From positions 239,766 through 303,765 of the forward strand of contig PFBV01000003.1 of the NCBI GenBank assembly GCA_002778465.1: a DNA stretch of 64,000 nucleotides. Direction: 5' to 3'. The position numbers and the translations under genes are program-made. Below the pieces are notes generated by a model. That model was not told the origin of the DNA. It worked only from the letters and a program-made list of their open reading frames with translations, and ran no database searches. Each line of letters opens with the position of its first letter. Positions within the stretch are counted from its first letter, which is position 1. This document shows, piece by piece, positions 10,375 to 20,919 of this stretch. Origin of the DNA: Candidatus Magasanikbacteria bacterium CG10_big_fil_rev_8_21_14_0_10_36_32 (GTDB lineage: Bacteria; Patescibacteriota; Patescibacteriia; Magasanikbacterales; GWA2-37-8).

Positions 10375-12735
10375 ATGGCAAGAACCTACAAGAATAGAAA
10401 AAATGGACATAATTTTCCCAGTTTAAATCCGCAAATCAGCCGCGGATTATTAGCTATTTTTTTATTTATTTTAAGTGGCATTGCCATTTTGAGTTTTTTC
10501 TCCATGGCTGGTGTAGTCGGACAGTTTGTTGATTCATTATTAGCTATCACTTTCGGACAAGTTCGTTATGTATTTCCAATAATTCTTATTGTTTTGGCAA
10601 TACTGATTGTAAAGGATTTTGAATATGATTATCGGTCTACTCATTTATTCGGCGCAATTTTATTTTTCTTAAGTTTCAATGGTCTGGTTCATTTACAAAA
10701 ACCATTTGAACAACTTTACGACTTAGCTATACAAGGAAACGGTGGTGGACTATTTGGACTGGCTTTATCGTGGCCTCTTTTAAAATATGTCGGTTATTGG
10801 GGTGGCTTGTTAATTCTAGCCGGCATACTTTTGATTTCTTTAATTTTTCTTTTTAACACATCTCTAGCCGCCATGGTAGGAATGAATAAAAAAATATTCT
10901 TGGCTTTTGGTTGGGTTGGACGACAAATTATTGGTTTTTTCTCACTCTTTAAGAAAAAACCTTCCTCTTTGCGCATGGAAATCAAGGGGGAATATACTTC
11001 TCCCGACGATGATGAAAAAGAGGATATTAAAAAAGACGACGAGGAACAAGAAGAGCGTCGCATTTTTCACAAAAAAAACTTAAATAAAAATGATACGGAA
11101 GAAAAAATAGAAGATAAAGATGCTATTAGTTTTAAACAACCTAATAAAATAGATTATCGACTGCCACCACTAGATTTGCTTGGTGTTTCCAAAACCAAAC
11201 CATCCGCCGGCGATATTGAACAAAACGCCGCAATAATTAAAGATACTCTGCATAATTTTGGCATTGAGGTGGAAATGGGTGAAATACGAGTCGGTCCGAC
11301 TGTCAGTCAATATTCTTTGGCGCCAGCTAAAGGAATAAAATTAACCAGGATAACCAGCTTAAGCAATGATTTTGCTTTAGCTTTAGCGGCACACCCAATT
11401 CGTATTGAAGCGCCAATTCCGGGCAAATCATTGGTTGGCATAGAAGTGCCAAATCAAAAAATTGCTACTGTCATGTTGCGCGAACTGTTGGAAAGTCCTG
11501 AATTCAAACATCGTGAACATAACTTAATGATGGCTTTGGGTAAAGATGTGGCAGGAAAAGTTTGGTGCGCTGATTTACCTAAAATGCCTCATCTTTTAAT
11601 CGCCGGTTCAACCGGTTCCGGAAAAACGGTTTGTATTAACACCATAATTTTGAGCTTGATTTATCAAAACACGCCAGAAACTTTGCGTTTTATTATGGTA
11701 GATCCAAAACGAGTTGAATTGACTCTTTATAATGGTATACCCCACTTATTAACCCCTGTTATTACTGATCCGGCAAAAACGGTTAGTGCCTTGCGTTGGA
11801 CAATGGCAGAAATGGATCGTCGTTTTGATGTTTTGGCTGGCTCAGCCACTCGCGATATTCATTCTTACAATAAAACCGCCAAACAACCAATGCCTCATAT
11901 TGTTTTTATTATTGATGAATTAGCTGATTTAATGTCTACAGCAGCAAGTGAAGTAGAAGGCGGAATTATTCGTATTGCTCAAATGGCCCGCGCTGTCGGC
12001 ATTCATTTGATTGTTGCCACCCAACGTCCGAGTGTTGAGGTAATTACAGGCTTAATGAAAGCCAATATTCCAGCTCGAATTGCATTTTCTGTCGCTTCAA
12101 TTATTGATTCTAGAACTATTTTAGATTGTCCCGGAGCGGAAAAATTACTCGGCCGAGGAGATATGCTTTATCTAACCGCAGAACTTTCAAAACCAAAACG
12201 TTTACAAGGTGCTTATGTTTCTGAAGATGAAATGAAAAAAATTGTTGATTATGTTAAAGGCGATGAACCGCCACAATATGATGACTCTATTGTTAATAAA
12301 AACTCATCTCCGTCAGGAACTTTAAATTTATTTGGCGGTTATAATGATGATCATGATCCATTTTTTGAAGAAGCTAAAAAAATTATTTTGGAATCCGGCA
12401 AAGCCAGCGCTACACTTCTGCAACGCCGAATGAAAGTTGGTTACGCTAGAGCGGCGAGATTACTTGACGAGCTTGAAGAAGCTGGTATAGTAGGGCCGGC
12501 GGATGGCGCCAAACCACGCGAGGTTTTTACCGAACATTTACGTCCTGAAATTGATCAAGAATTACCACTTGAAGAACAAACAATGGACGCGGGCGGAACT
12601 GTATTTGACGAAAATCAAAAAGAGGAGGAAAATATTAATAATGAAAATCTTAATAGTGAAGAAACTGATAAAAGTGAAGTTGATGAAAACGAAACTGATG
12701 ATGAATTAACAGAATCAACGGAAAAATCTGAATGA
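10375..12735 (+). CDS. ftsK: DNA translocase FtsK/SpoIIIE
   Basis: N-terminal TM segments, AGSTGSGKT, IIDELADLM, ATQRPS, gamma domain LQRRMKVGYARAARL. Confidence 0.97.
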   Translation: MARTYKNRKNGHNFPSLNPQISRGLLAIFLFILSGIAILSFFSMAGVVGQFVDSLLAITFGQVRYVFPIILIVLAILIVKDFEYDYRSTHLFGAILFFLSFNGLVHLQKPFEQLYDLAIQGNGGGLFGLALSWPLLKYVGYWGGLLILAGILLISLIFLFNTSLAAMVGMNKKIFLAFGWVGRQIIGFFSLFKKKPSSLRMEIKGEYTSPDDDEKEDIKKDDEEQEERRIFHKKNLNKNDTEEKIEDKDAISFKQPNKIDYRLPPLDLLGVSKTKPSAGDIEQNAAIIKDTLHNFGIEVEMGEIRVGPTVSQYSLAPAKGIKLTRITSLSNDFALALAAHPIRIEAPIPGKSLVGIEVPNQKIATVMLRELLESPEFKHREHNLMMALGKDVAGKVWCADLPKMPHLLIAGSTGSGKTVCINTIILSLIYQNTPETLRFIMVDPKRVELTLYNGIPHLLTPVITDPAKTVSALRWTMAEMDRRFDVLAGSATRDIHSYNKTAKQPMPHIVFIIDELADLMSTAASEVEGGIIRIAQMARAVGIHLIVATQRPSVEVITGLMKANIPARIAFSVASIIDSRTILDCPGAEKLLGRGDMLYLTAELSKPKRLQGAYVSEDEMKKIVDYVKGDEPPQYDDSIVNKNSSPSGTLNLFGGYNDDHDPFFEEAKKIILESGKASATLLQRRMKVGYARAARLLDELEEAGIVGPADGAKPREVFTEHLRPEIDQELPLEEQTMDAGGTVFDENQKEEENINNENLNSEETDKSEVDENETDDELTESTEKSE

Positions 12736-12768
12736 TAAATTAAAAAATACTTTAAACTTTGAAATCTC

Positions 12769-13476
12769 GTGTCAACTTTTTCGTTTAAAAAATTAACCTC
12801 GCCAATCAGGCTTGGGTCGCGCTTTAAAACCGCTCGTGAAGAGTGGAAATTAAGTTTTGCTAATGTTGCGTCAGCTACCCGCATTCCTTTGAAATATCTT
12901 GAACTGATTGAAAACAATACTTTCAACGAATTACCCAATGCTAAAGCATATCGTTTGGGCTACATAAGAGAATACGCGGAATTTTTAAAACTTGATCCGG
13001 AACAAATAATAAATCAATTTATACAGGAAAACGGTTTAAAAGATATATCGGCACTTCACCCAAACAAAGTTATTGGCAACACATCTTTTTATTCAGTTTC
13101 CATTTGGGCAAGAAACATTTTGGCTGCCGTCTGCGTTGTGTTGGTTTTTGGTTATTTAACTCTTCAAGTTAAACATATTTTAGAACCACCTCGTTTGGTT
13201 TTACTTGATCCAAGTGAAGGTTTGGTCACTAATCAATTAAACGTGGTTGTGCGTGGCGAAACAGACACCGAGTGTCAATTAACGATCAACGGCATGGAAA
13301 CTATGTTGAATGAAAAAGGACAATTCCAATCAGAAATTGATTTGGCTAACGGAGTTAACACACTGGTAGTTTCTGCCACAAAAAAACACGGAAAAACGAA
13401 TACTGTCACACGGCATATTATTGTTAAAAATACGCAATTTTCCAAACTAATTGAATCTTTCAATACAACTAATTAA
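12769..13476 (+). CDS. RodZ-like HTH + TM + Ig-like domain protein
   Basis: Xre-type HTH (YLELIENN...GYIREYAEFL), one TM, Ig-like C-terminus; downstream of ftsK. Confidence 0.8.
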   Translation: MSTFSFKKLTSPIRLGSRFKTAREEWKLSFANVASATRIPLKYLELIENNTFNELPNAKAYRLGYIREYAEFLKLDPEQIINQFIQENGLKDISALHPNKVIGNTSFYSVSIWARNILAAVCVVLVFGYLTLQVKHILEPPRLVLLDPSEGLVTNQLNVVVRGETDTECQLTINGMETMLNEKGQFQSEIDLANGVNTLVVSATKKHGKTNTVTRHIIVKNTQFSKLIESFNTTN

Positions 13477-13493
13477 TTTATTAATAAAATAAT

Positions 13494-14552
13494 ATGGCAA
13501 AACAAAACCCTGAAGATTCCAAAAATAAACTAAAAGCGGCCGAAAGCGCGATTGAACAAATCAAAACAAAATTCGGTGACGGCGCAATAATGACATTTGG
13601 CGAAGCAAAAACCATGCAGGTGGATGCTGTACCGACAGGATGTTTATCTTTAGATATTGCTTTGGGTGTTGGCGGTGTACCGCGTGGCCGAGTGGTTGAA
13701 ATCTATGGACCGGAAGCTAGCGGAAAAACCACCTTAGCTCAGCACATTGTGGCTGAAGTGCAAAAACTAGGCGGTATTGCAGCTTTTGTTGATGCTGAAC
13801 ACGCGCTTGATCCTGAATATGCTAAAAAAATCGGAGTAAAAGTTGATGAACTTTTAATCTCTCAACCTGATACGGGTGAACAAGCTTTGGATATTGTAGA
13901 AACTCTTGTCCGATCAAATGCTGTTGATGTAATTGTAATAGATTCGGTGGCGGCTTTGGTGCCAAAAGCAGAAATTGACGGTGACATGGGTGATTCACAT
14001 ATGGGTTTACATGCCCGATTAATGTCTCAAGCGCTTCGCAAGTTAACGGGTATTATCAGTAAATCAAAAACCGTAGTAATTTTTATCAATCAGACCAGAA
14101 TGAAAATTGGCATCGTGTTTGGAAATCCTGAAACTACTACCGGCGGTATGGCTTTAAAATTTTATTCCTCAGTTCGTATTGAAATTCGCCGCGCCGCTCA
14201 AATCAAACAGGTAGATAAAATAATCGGCAACCGTGTAAAAGTAAAGATTGTAAAAAACAAAGTCGCGCCACCTTTCCGTACTTGTGAATTTGATATTATG
14301 TACAGTGAAGGAATTTCTATTCCTGGCGATACCTTGGACACCGCCGTGCTTTACAAAATAGTTGATAAAAAAGGAAACAGCTATTCTTTCGGCGAAGAAA
14401 AATTGGGAGTCGGGCGCGAAGCTGCCAAGCGATATTTAAAAGATACACCAAAAACTTTAAAGACCATTCGGACTGAAGTTTTGAAAGCGGTGGAAAAAGG
14501 CGAATTGGCTGATTCTGCCAGACTAAACGACGAGGTTCCTCCTGTTGAGTAA
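13494..14552 (+). CDS. recA: recombinase RecA
   Basis: [31 protein letters not shown]. Confidence 0.99.
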   Translation: MAKQNPEDSKNKLKAAESAIEQIKTKFGDGAIMTFGEAKTMQVDAVPTGCLSLDIALGVGGVPRGRVVEIYGPEASGKTTLAQHIVAEVQKLGGIAAFVDAEHALDPEYAKKIGVKVDELLISQPDTGEQALDIVETLVRSNAVDVIVIDSVAALVPKAEIDGDMGDSHMGLHARLMSQALRKLTGIISKSKTVVIFINQTRMKIGIVFGNPETTTGGMALKFYSSVRIEIRRAAQIKQVDKIIGNRVKVKIVKNKVAPPFRTCEFDIMYSEGISIPGDTLDTAVLYKIVDKKGNSYSFGEEKLGVGREAAKRYLKDTPKTLKTIRTEVLKAVEKGELADSARLNDEVPPVE

Positions 14553-14685
14553 AATATCTTTAAAAAATCCTCGGTTTTAAGCCGAGGATTTTTTTATCAT
14601 ACAATACATTATCTTGACAAAACTTTAAAATTATGTTATGTTATCCTGTTCTTTAAACATTCAACCAAAAAAAGGGAGAAAAACA

Positions 14686-14931
14686 ATGACAAAAGAAAAG
14701 GAACTTCATACCCACCCGAAAAATCCAAACGAAAAAATTTTTGGCCAACGGCTACAAGCGGGTGACATCGTCGAAGAAGACGATGTCTATGATTCAAGTT
14801 CTGGTAAATGGGAGGTGTGTCCCTGTCCGGGTCTCACTCTGCAGGAAAGTGTTAATACCTACTGGGTACGACCTGATGGCATAACCGCCGAACAGAAGCG
14901 ACACGAACGACTCGCCGCCGCCAACAAGTAG
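14686..14931 (+). CDS. hypothetical protein (81 aa), stand-alone unit
   Basis: TTGACA 14614, TGTTCTTTAAACA 14647, GGGAG, ATG 14686; terminator 14955-14983. Confidence 0.75.
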   Translation: MTKEKELHTHPKNPNEKIFGQRLQAGDIVEEDDVYDSSSGKWEVCPCPGLTLQESVNTYWVRPDGITAEQKRHERLAAANK

Positions 14932-14992
14932 TTTTCCTCGTTTTTTTAAAATACAAACCGCCCCAAAAATCGGGGCGGTTTTTTAATTTTTA

Positions 14993-16012
14993 TTATTTCC
15001 ACACTCCGAAAATTTTTGTTCCGCACTCCAAACAATTCCCATCTTTCATTTTATAAACAGTAATTTTATATCCGTCGCGGTCAATTAAAATTTCACCGCA
15101 CTTCGGACAAACAGTTTGTCCGTATTTCTGATTATCAATATTTCCCAGATAAACATATTTTAACCCAACCCGCTTACCAATCTCATAAGCCTGTATTAAT
15201 TTTTCCTCTGCTGTCGGCCCAACATCAGTCATTTTGTAAGTCGGATAAAAAGCCGACAAATGCCAAGGAATATCAGGTGAAATATTTTTTATAAACTCAG
15301 CAATTTGAGTGATTTCCTTTTCCGAATCATTTTTATCCGGCACCAATAAAGTGGTAATCTCCAGCCATTTTTTTCTCCGATAAATTTCCTTAATCGTTTT
15401 CGTTACAGGTGTCAATTCGCCCTGACAAACTTCCTTATAAAAATCCTCGCTGAACGCTTTTAAATCTATGTTATACGCGTCAATCCATTTGTCCAAATAT
15501 TCCAAGGCCTCATTTGTTTCATAACCGTTAGAAACAAAAACACCTTTCATTTTATATTTCTTTGCCAATTTCATCGTTTCAACCGCGTATTCAGAAAAAA
15601 TTGTCGGTTCATTATAAGTGAAGGCAATGGAAGGAATTTTTTTTATATGGCAATATTCCACTATTTTTTCCGGGGTTAAATCATGACTTAAACCGAGTGT
15701 TTCATCTTGAAAACCTGATAAGATTTGAGAAATTTCAAAATTCTGACAAAACTCGCAGCGCAGATTGCAACCGATTGTTCCTAAAGAAAATATTTTGCTA
15801 CCTGGTAAAAAATGATAAAGTGGTTTTTTTTCAATCGGATCAACTTGAGAAGCGATGGCCTTGTTTTGAACCAAAAGATAAAGCTTGCCATTGGTATTTT
15901 TTCTCACACCGCAAAAACCGCTTTGTCCGTCAGATATTTTACAACGCCGAATACAAGCAGCGCATTCCACAATATTATTTTTTAATTTTTTATACAAAAT
16001 CGCTTCTTTCAT
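14993..16012 (-). CDS. amrS: AmmeMemoRadiSam radical SAM enzyme
   Basis: CNLRCEFCQN, DPIEKKPLYHF, FTYNEP, C-terminal CPKC. Confidence 0.9.
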   Translation of the reverse strand: MKEAILYKKLKNNIVECAACIRRCKISDGQSGFCGVRKNTNGKLYLLVQNKAIASQVDPIEKKPLYHFLPGSKIFSLGTIGCNLRCEFCQNFEISQILSGFQDETLGLSHDLTPEKIVEYCHIKKIPSIAFTYNEPTIFSEYAVETMKLAKKYKMKGVFVSNGYETNEALEYLDKWIDAYNIDLKAFSEDFYKEVCQGELTPVTKTIKEIYRRKKWLEITTLLVPDKNDSEKEITQIAEFIKNISPDIPWHLSAFYPTYKMTDVGPTAEEKLIQAYEIGKRVGLKYVYLGNIDNQKYGQTVCPKCGEILIDRDGYKITVYKMKDGNCLECGTKIFGVWK

Positions 16013-16142
16013 ATCTTTATATATTAACAAAATAACCTTAATTTTTCAATTTATAAAAATAATTAATTGACAAGAATAATTTTTAAATATAAACTATGTG
16101 GTAGTTCTTTAAGCCAATCGTCACATAAATGGGAATATAAAA

Positions 16143-16334
16143 ATGCCGAATAAAAAAGATTTAAAAAAATCTAATGATAAAATTTATCTGATAGTGATTA
16201 CTGTTACCGTTACACTCATTATAAGCTTTGAACCCTTGCAAAAGATCCTCGGAAATACCGCTGTCGGATGTACCTATATCATTATGATAATTTTTATTCT
16301 CATTTTCACGCATTTCGTGGGTAAAAATAATTAA
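16143..16334 (+). CDS. small two-TM protein, stand-alone unit
   Basis: TTGACA 16067, AGTTCTTT 16103, two hydrophobic segments, terminator 16345-16371. Confidence 0.65.
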   Translation: MPNKKDLKKSNDKIYLIVITVTVTLIISFEPLQKILGNTAVGCTYIIMIIFILIFTHFVGKNN

Positions 16335-16395
16335 CCCAAAATTAAAAGTCCCGCACAAACGGGACTTTTTTAAATTTAATTTTAAAAAATAATTT

Positions 16396-17643
16396 TTAAA
16401 AAAAACAATTCTTACCTGCCAAATATCCCGTACTCCAACAAATTTGGAGGTTAAATCCTCCCGTTCGTCCATCTGCACTGATTATTTCCCCAGCAAAAAA
16501 TAAATTATCTATTATTTTTGACTTCATTGTTTTATTGTTTATTTCTTTTAGGGAAACTCCGCCTTTTGTTACCATTGCTAAATCAAATCCACATAATTCC
16601 TCAACTGTAATTTCAATATTTTTTAAATAAACCGCTATTTTATTTATTTCTTTTTTAGTAATATTGATAATCTGTTTATCAGTTTTTAAATTCAGATTTT
16701 CCAACAAAGCCACAGCAAATCTATTTGGCACAAAATCAGACAATAAACTCTTGATGGATTTCTTTGGATTTTGATTTATCTTATCTTGGATTTTTTTATT
16801 TAAAAATTCTAAATTTAAACTTGGAAAAATATCTAAACTTAGTTTTACCGCGCCTTGCTTCAACAAACCGCCAACTCTTCCACTTATATTTAAAATAGCT
16901 GGCCCGCTTGCGCCAAAGTGGGTAAACAATATGTCTCCTGTTTCTTTAAAATAACGCTTGTTATTTTGACAAACAATTATTTTAATATTTTTAAACACTA
17001 ATCCCTGCAACTTCTTTACCCAATCCTCTTTTATTTTTATTGGCACTAAAGCAGGCAAGAGCTCGTCTACAGTATGTCCAAAATCTCTTATCCACTTAAA
17101 TCCATCACCTGTAGAACCGGTCATTGGATAAGACTTGCCACCTGTACAAAAAATATATTTTTCGGCAATTATGCTTTTGTTTTCCACTACTAATTTTTCG
17201 ATTTTATTTTTTTTAAAAACAATTCTTGACACTCGGGAATTTAAGCAAATACTGACTTTATTTTTTGATAAATATTTTTCTAACGCATTTAAAACATCAC
17301 TTGACCTTTCACTTATCGGAAAAACTCGTCCATCATTTTCGATTTTAGTTTTAACTCCTAATCTGTTAAAAAAATTAATAACTTTTTTAGGTCCAAAAAC
17401 AAAAAATGCGTGAAACAAAAATTTTCCGTTTTCACCGTAATTTTCAACCAATTTCCTTAAATTAAATTCTGCGTTGGTTATATTACACCTGCCATTGCCG
17501 GTCAACAAAAGCTTTTTGCCCGGCTTTGTATTTTGGTCTATTAATATAACTTTGGCGCCAAATTCAGCAGCCGCTCCGGCTGCCATTATCCCAGCGGGTC
17601 CAGCCCCAACAACGGCAACATCAAATTTATTTTCTTCTGCCAT
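16396..17643 (-). CDS. HI0933/YhiN family flavoprotein
   Basis: GAGPAG, TGNGRCNITN, TGGKSYP, GGFNLQ. Confidence 0.93.
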   Translation of the reverse strand: MAEENKFDVAVVGAGPAGIMAAGAAAEFGAKVILIDQNTKPGKKLLLTGNGRCNITNAEFNLRKLVENYGENGKFLFHAFFVFGPKKVINFFNRLGVKTKIENDGRVFPISERSSDVLNALEKYLSKNKVSICLNSRVSRIVFKKNKIEKLVVENKSIIAEKYIFCTGGKSYPMTGSTGDGFKWIRDFGHTVDELLPALVPIKIKEDWVKKLQGLVFKNIKIIVCQNNKRYFKETGDILFTHFGASGPAILNISGRVGGLLKQGAVKLSLDIFPSLNLEFLNKKIQDKINQNPKKSIKSLLSDFVPNRFAVALLENLNLKTDKQIINITKKEINKIAVYLKNIEITVEELCGFDLAMVTKGGVSLKEINNKTMKSKIIDNLFFAGEIISADGRTGGFNLQICWSTGYLAGKNCFF

Positions 17644-18871
17644 AATTAAATTTATTTGACGGTCTTTTTTTGTAAAAAGTATTCATTTGACGATTTAATT
17701 CAAATGATAAATCCGGTAATTTTGAGATAGGCAAATAAAGCCTGGTTAATTTTTCAATTTCTCTGACTTTGGATCCTTGGTCTGACAAAACAAATGAAAT
17801 GGCTCTACCCGCCATACCAGCTCTGCCTGTTCTTCCAATACGATGAACATAATCTTCCGGATTTTCCGGAAGATCAAAATTAATAACAACTTCAATACCT
17901 TTAACATCTATGCCACGTGAAGCTATGTCAGTTGCCACAAGCACCCGATATCTACCACACTTAAACCCTTCCAACGCCTCTCTTCTTTGAGAGAGTGACC
18001 TGTTTGAATGAATTTCTACCGCAGAAATTCCAACTCTGCGCAAACTGTCACATATTTTCTTTGCACCAAATTTAATTCTTACAAAAACCAAAACACTTCC
18101 CTTATATTCTTCAAGTAATTTCCTTAAAAGTGGTAATTTTTGATCTTTTTTTACAACAAATAACTCATGCTCAATATTTTCAGCAGTGGTTCCGGCCAAA
18201 GCTATCTCCACCCTCACAGGAAGCTTCATATGATTACTGGCAATTTTTACAATGCCATCCGGCATTGTTGCGGAAAATAACATTGTTTGTCTGTCTTTAG
18301 GTATCACTTGTAAAATTTTATTTATCTGCGGAGCAAAACCCATATCAAACATTCGGTCGGCCTCATCTAAAACCAAAATCGAAACATCAGACAAATTTAA
18401 AGTTCTTTTCTCAATATGATCAATAATCCTTCCTGGTGTACCAATAATAATATGGGGATTATTGCGTATATTTTTTATTTGTTGATAAATAGGATATCCG
18501 CCAATCAATACTGCTGATTTAATACCAAAATTTCTCCCTATTTTTTGTATTGATTCATTAACTTGTAAAGCCAACTCACGAGTCGGCAGTACTATTAAAC
18601 CTTTTCCTTTTCCCAATTTTAAAATCTGTTGAATTAAAGGAATGCTAAAAGCTAATGTTTTTCCAGTGCCTGTCTGGGCTATACCAATAACATCTTTACC
18701 CTCATTGGCTACCGGAATTGCCTTATGCTGTATTGAGGTTGGAATTTTAAATCCCAATTTTAAAAGTATATCAAGAATCTTGGGGGCTATCCCAAGACCG
18801 CCAAAAGTCATCTCTGTTTCACTGGTTAAAATTGTTTTTGAAATATTTTCCGACAAATCTTTGTTTTTCAT
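17627..18871 (-). CDS. DEAD-box RNA helicase (RhlE-like)
   Basis: AQTGTGKT, PTRELA, DEAD, SAT, HRIGRTGRAG. Confidence 0.95.
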   Translation of the reverse strand: MKNKDLSENISKTILTSETEMTFGGLGIAPKILDILLKLGFKIPTSIQHKAIPVANEGKDVIGIAQTGTGKTLAFSIPLIQQILKLGKGKGLIVLPTRELALQVNESIQKIGRNFGIKSAVLIGGYPIYQQIKNIRNNPHIIIGTPGRIIDHIEKRTLNLSDVSILVLDEADRMFDMGFAPQINKILQVIPKDRQTMLFSATMPDGIVKIASNHMKLPVRVEIALAGTTAENIEHELFVVKKDQKLPLLRKLLEEYKGSVLVFVRIKFGAKKICDSLRRVGISAVEIHSNRSLSQRREALEGFKCGRYRVLVATDIASRGIDVKGIEVVINFDLPENPEDYVHRIGRTGRAGMAGRAISFVLSDQGSKVREIEKLTRLYLPISKLPDLSFELNRQMNTFYKKRPSNKFNYGRRK

Positions 18872-18930
18872 GTTTTAATATTATCTTTCTATAAAAATTT
18901 ACCCCCGCAAAGCAGGGATGGATTTTAAAG

Positions 18931-19017
18931 CGGAAGGGGTGGGATTCGAACCCACGGTCCACTTTCATGGACGACAGTTTTCAAGACTGTTGCCGTAAAC
19001 CGCTTGGCTACCCTTCC
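18931..19017 (-). tRNA. tRNA-Ser(UGA)
   Basis: cloverleaf, anticodon loop CTTGAAA, long variable arm, GTTCGAATC. Confidence 0.95.
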
Positions 19018-19043
19018 TAAATTAATTATTATAGATGATTGAG

Positions 19044-19128
19044 CGGAGAGGGTGGGATTCGAACCCACGGTCCCTTGCGGGACACGGCTTTTCGAGAGCC
19101 GCACTTTCGACCACTCAGACACCTCTCC
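19044..19128 (-). tRNA. tRNA-Ser(CGA)
   Basis: cloverleaf, anticodon loop CTCGAAA, long variable arm. Confidence 0.95.
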
Positions 19129-19227
19129 TTTGCGCTTCACTTCTGTCTAATTACAGACATCTCTACCCATCGGTAAACAGATTAGCATAATTTAACAAAA
19201 AAATCAAGCTTATTAATAAGTTGAAAA

Positions 19228-19980
19228 TTACTCAATACCAAACAGACTTGCTAAAAAAATAATTGCGATACCTACTAACAAAAAAATAAAATCAACTAAA
19301 AATTTCTTTAAACCCACACTTTTGCGTAATTCAGGCAACAAATCACTCACTGCGATATAAATAAAACCCCCAGCAGCTAATGGCAACAAATATTTTTCAA
19401 TTCCTGTTGAAAATTGAGACACAGTCCAACCAACCAAACCGCCGATTACAGTTGTTAAGGCGGCTAAAAAATTAAAAAGTAACGCCCGACTCTTTTTAAA
19501 ACCAGCGTAAAGCAAAACACCAAAATCTCCCATTTCCTGCGGTATTTCATGCAACCCCATAGCCACCGCCGTAATAAGACCGAGTTTGATATCAACAACA
19601 AAAGCTCCGGCAATTACCAAGCCATCAATAAAATTGTGTACTGAATCACCCAACAAATTCATATAGCCGATTGATGGGGCATGCGTGTCACAAACCAAAC
19701 CTTTATGACAGTGTCGCCAGTGCAGTATTTTTTCTATTAATAAATAAAAAACAATGGCAGACAAAACTATAATAAAAAATATTTTTGGAGATAACAATTC
19801 AACACCCTCGGGCATTAAATGAAGAAAAGCGCCACCAAGTAAAGCGCCGGAAGAAAGCGCCACCAATCTGGTTAATATTTTGTTCAAAAAAGCATCTTTT
19901 AAACTCAAAGTTAATATACCAATTAAAGCACAAGAACTTATAACAAGCGTACTGCCAACTATCCAACATAGGGTATACAT
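19228..19980 (-). CDS. ZIP family metal transporter
   Basis: HNFIDG, HEIPQEMGDF, multiple TMs. Confidence 0.93.
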   Translation of the reverse strand: MYTLCWIVGSTLVISSCALIGILTLSLKDAFLNKILTRLVALSSGALLGGAFLHLMPEGVELLSPKIFFIIVLSAIVFYLLIEKILHWRHCHKGLVCDTHAPSIGYMNLLGDSVHNFIDGLVIAGAFVVDIKLGLITAVAMGLHEIPQEMGDFGVLLYAGFKKSRALLFNFLAALTTVIGGLVGWTVSQFSTGIEKYLLPLAAGGFIYIAVSDLLPELRKSVGLKKFLVDFIFLLVGIAIIFLASLFGIE

Positions 19981-19985
19981 ATATA

Positions 19986-20789
19986 CTACTTTTTTAAATT
20001 TAATAATTTTTTAATTTTGGGCAATATTTTTTGGGTAGCTTTTTCTCCAACAGTAATAATTTTATTTCCAACCAAAAAATCATACCCGTTAATTTGTCCA
20101 ACAGTAGGAGTAATTACCACATCAGCTGATCGTGAATCGCGTTCAGCCAATTGATAACGCAGAAGTTTAATGGTCTGAAAAGCGGTTTCTCCAAGGCTTA
20201 ATTTTTCTTTTTTGTGTGAAAAATAATCATCATCTAAATTTACTGCGATCACTATTTCAGCACCACTTCGTTTAAGGGGTTGAATCGGCACAGGCATTGA
20301 AAGAGAACCGTCTACCAAAGATTTTCCGTCTTTTTTAATTGGCTGAAATATCAAAGGAACTGCGCTTGAAGCCATAATCGCCTCTATTAAATCACCTTTG
20401 TTCATAATAACCGATTTACCTGTCAACAAATCAGTTGCCACCGCCGTTAAAGGAATTTTTAAATCTTTAAAGGTGCTTTTTTCTCCTAAAAATTTAGTTA
20501 AAAATTTTTTTATTTTTTCACCACGCAAAAACCCCTGTGTCAAAGAAGGATCAAGTAAAGACAAAAATAATCGCCAATCGGCGGTGGTAATTATTTTTTC
20601 CAATTCATTTGCGTTACGTATTGCCGCATATAATGCGCCTATAATTGAACCAATACTCGTTCCTGAAATAAAATCAATCGGAATATTATTCCGCTCTAAA
20701 ACTTTTAAAACTCCGATATGAGCCAACCCTCTTGCACCACCGGCGCCAAGCGCTAATCCAATTTTTAATTTTTTCTTTTCTTTTGACAC
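19986..20789 (-). CDS. patatin-like phospholipase
   Basis: GAGGARG, GTSIG, DGS motif. Confidence 0.92.
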   Translation of the reverse strand: MSKEKKKLKIGLALGAGGARGLAHIGVLKVLERNNIPIDFISGTSIGSIIGALYAAIRNANELEKIITTADWRLFLSLLDPSLTQGFLRGEKIKKFLTKFLGEKSTFKDLKIPLTAVATDLLTGKSVIMNKGDLIEAIMASSAVPLIFQPIKKDGKSLVDGSLSMPVPIQPLKRSGAEIVIAVNLDDDYFSHKKEKLSLGETAFQTIKLLRYQLAERDSRSADVVITPTVGQINGYDFLVGNKIITVGEKATQKILPKIKKLLNLKK

Positions 20790-20919
20790 AATTTTAAAGT
20801 TAGACGCTGTTTAAATTTTATGTTATTATAACACAAAATTAAACTTTTACCATATATAAACCTTTCCATTTTAACATATCATTTATTACTTAAGTAAGTG
20901 TGCGATAAAAAAATGATTT

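Noticed and set aside
18925-19140. 71-aa ORF in the track
   Set aside because: It overlaps two tRNA-Ser genes on the same strand and is a translation of tRNA sequence.
19142-19168. CAGACATCTCT echoing the 5' end of tRNA-Ser(CGA)
   Set aside because: Too short to support an att duplication, and no integrase nearby.
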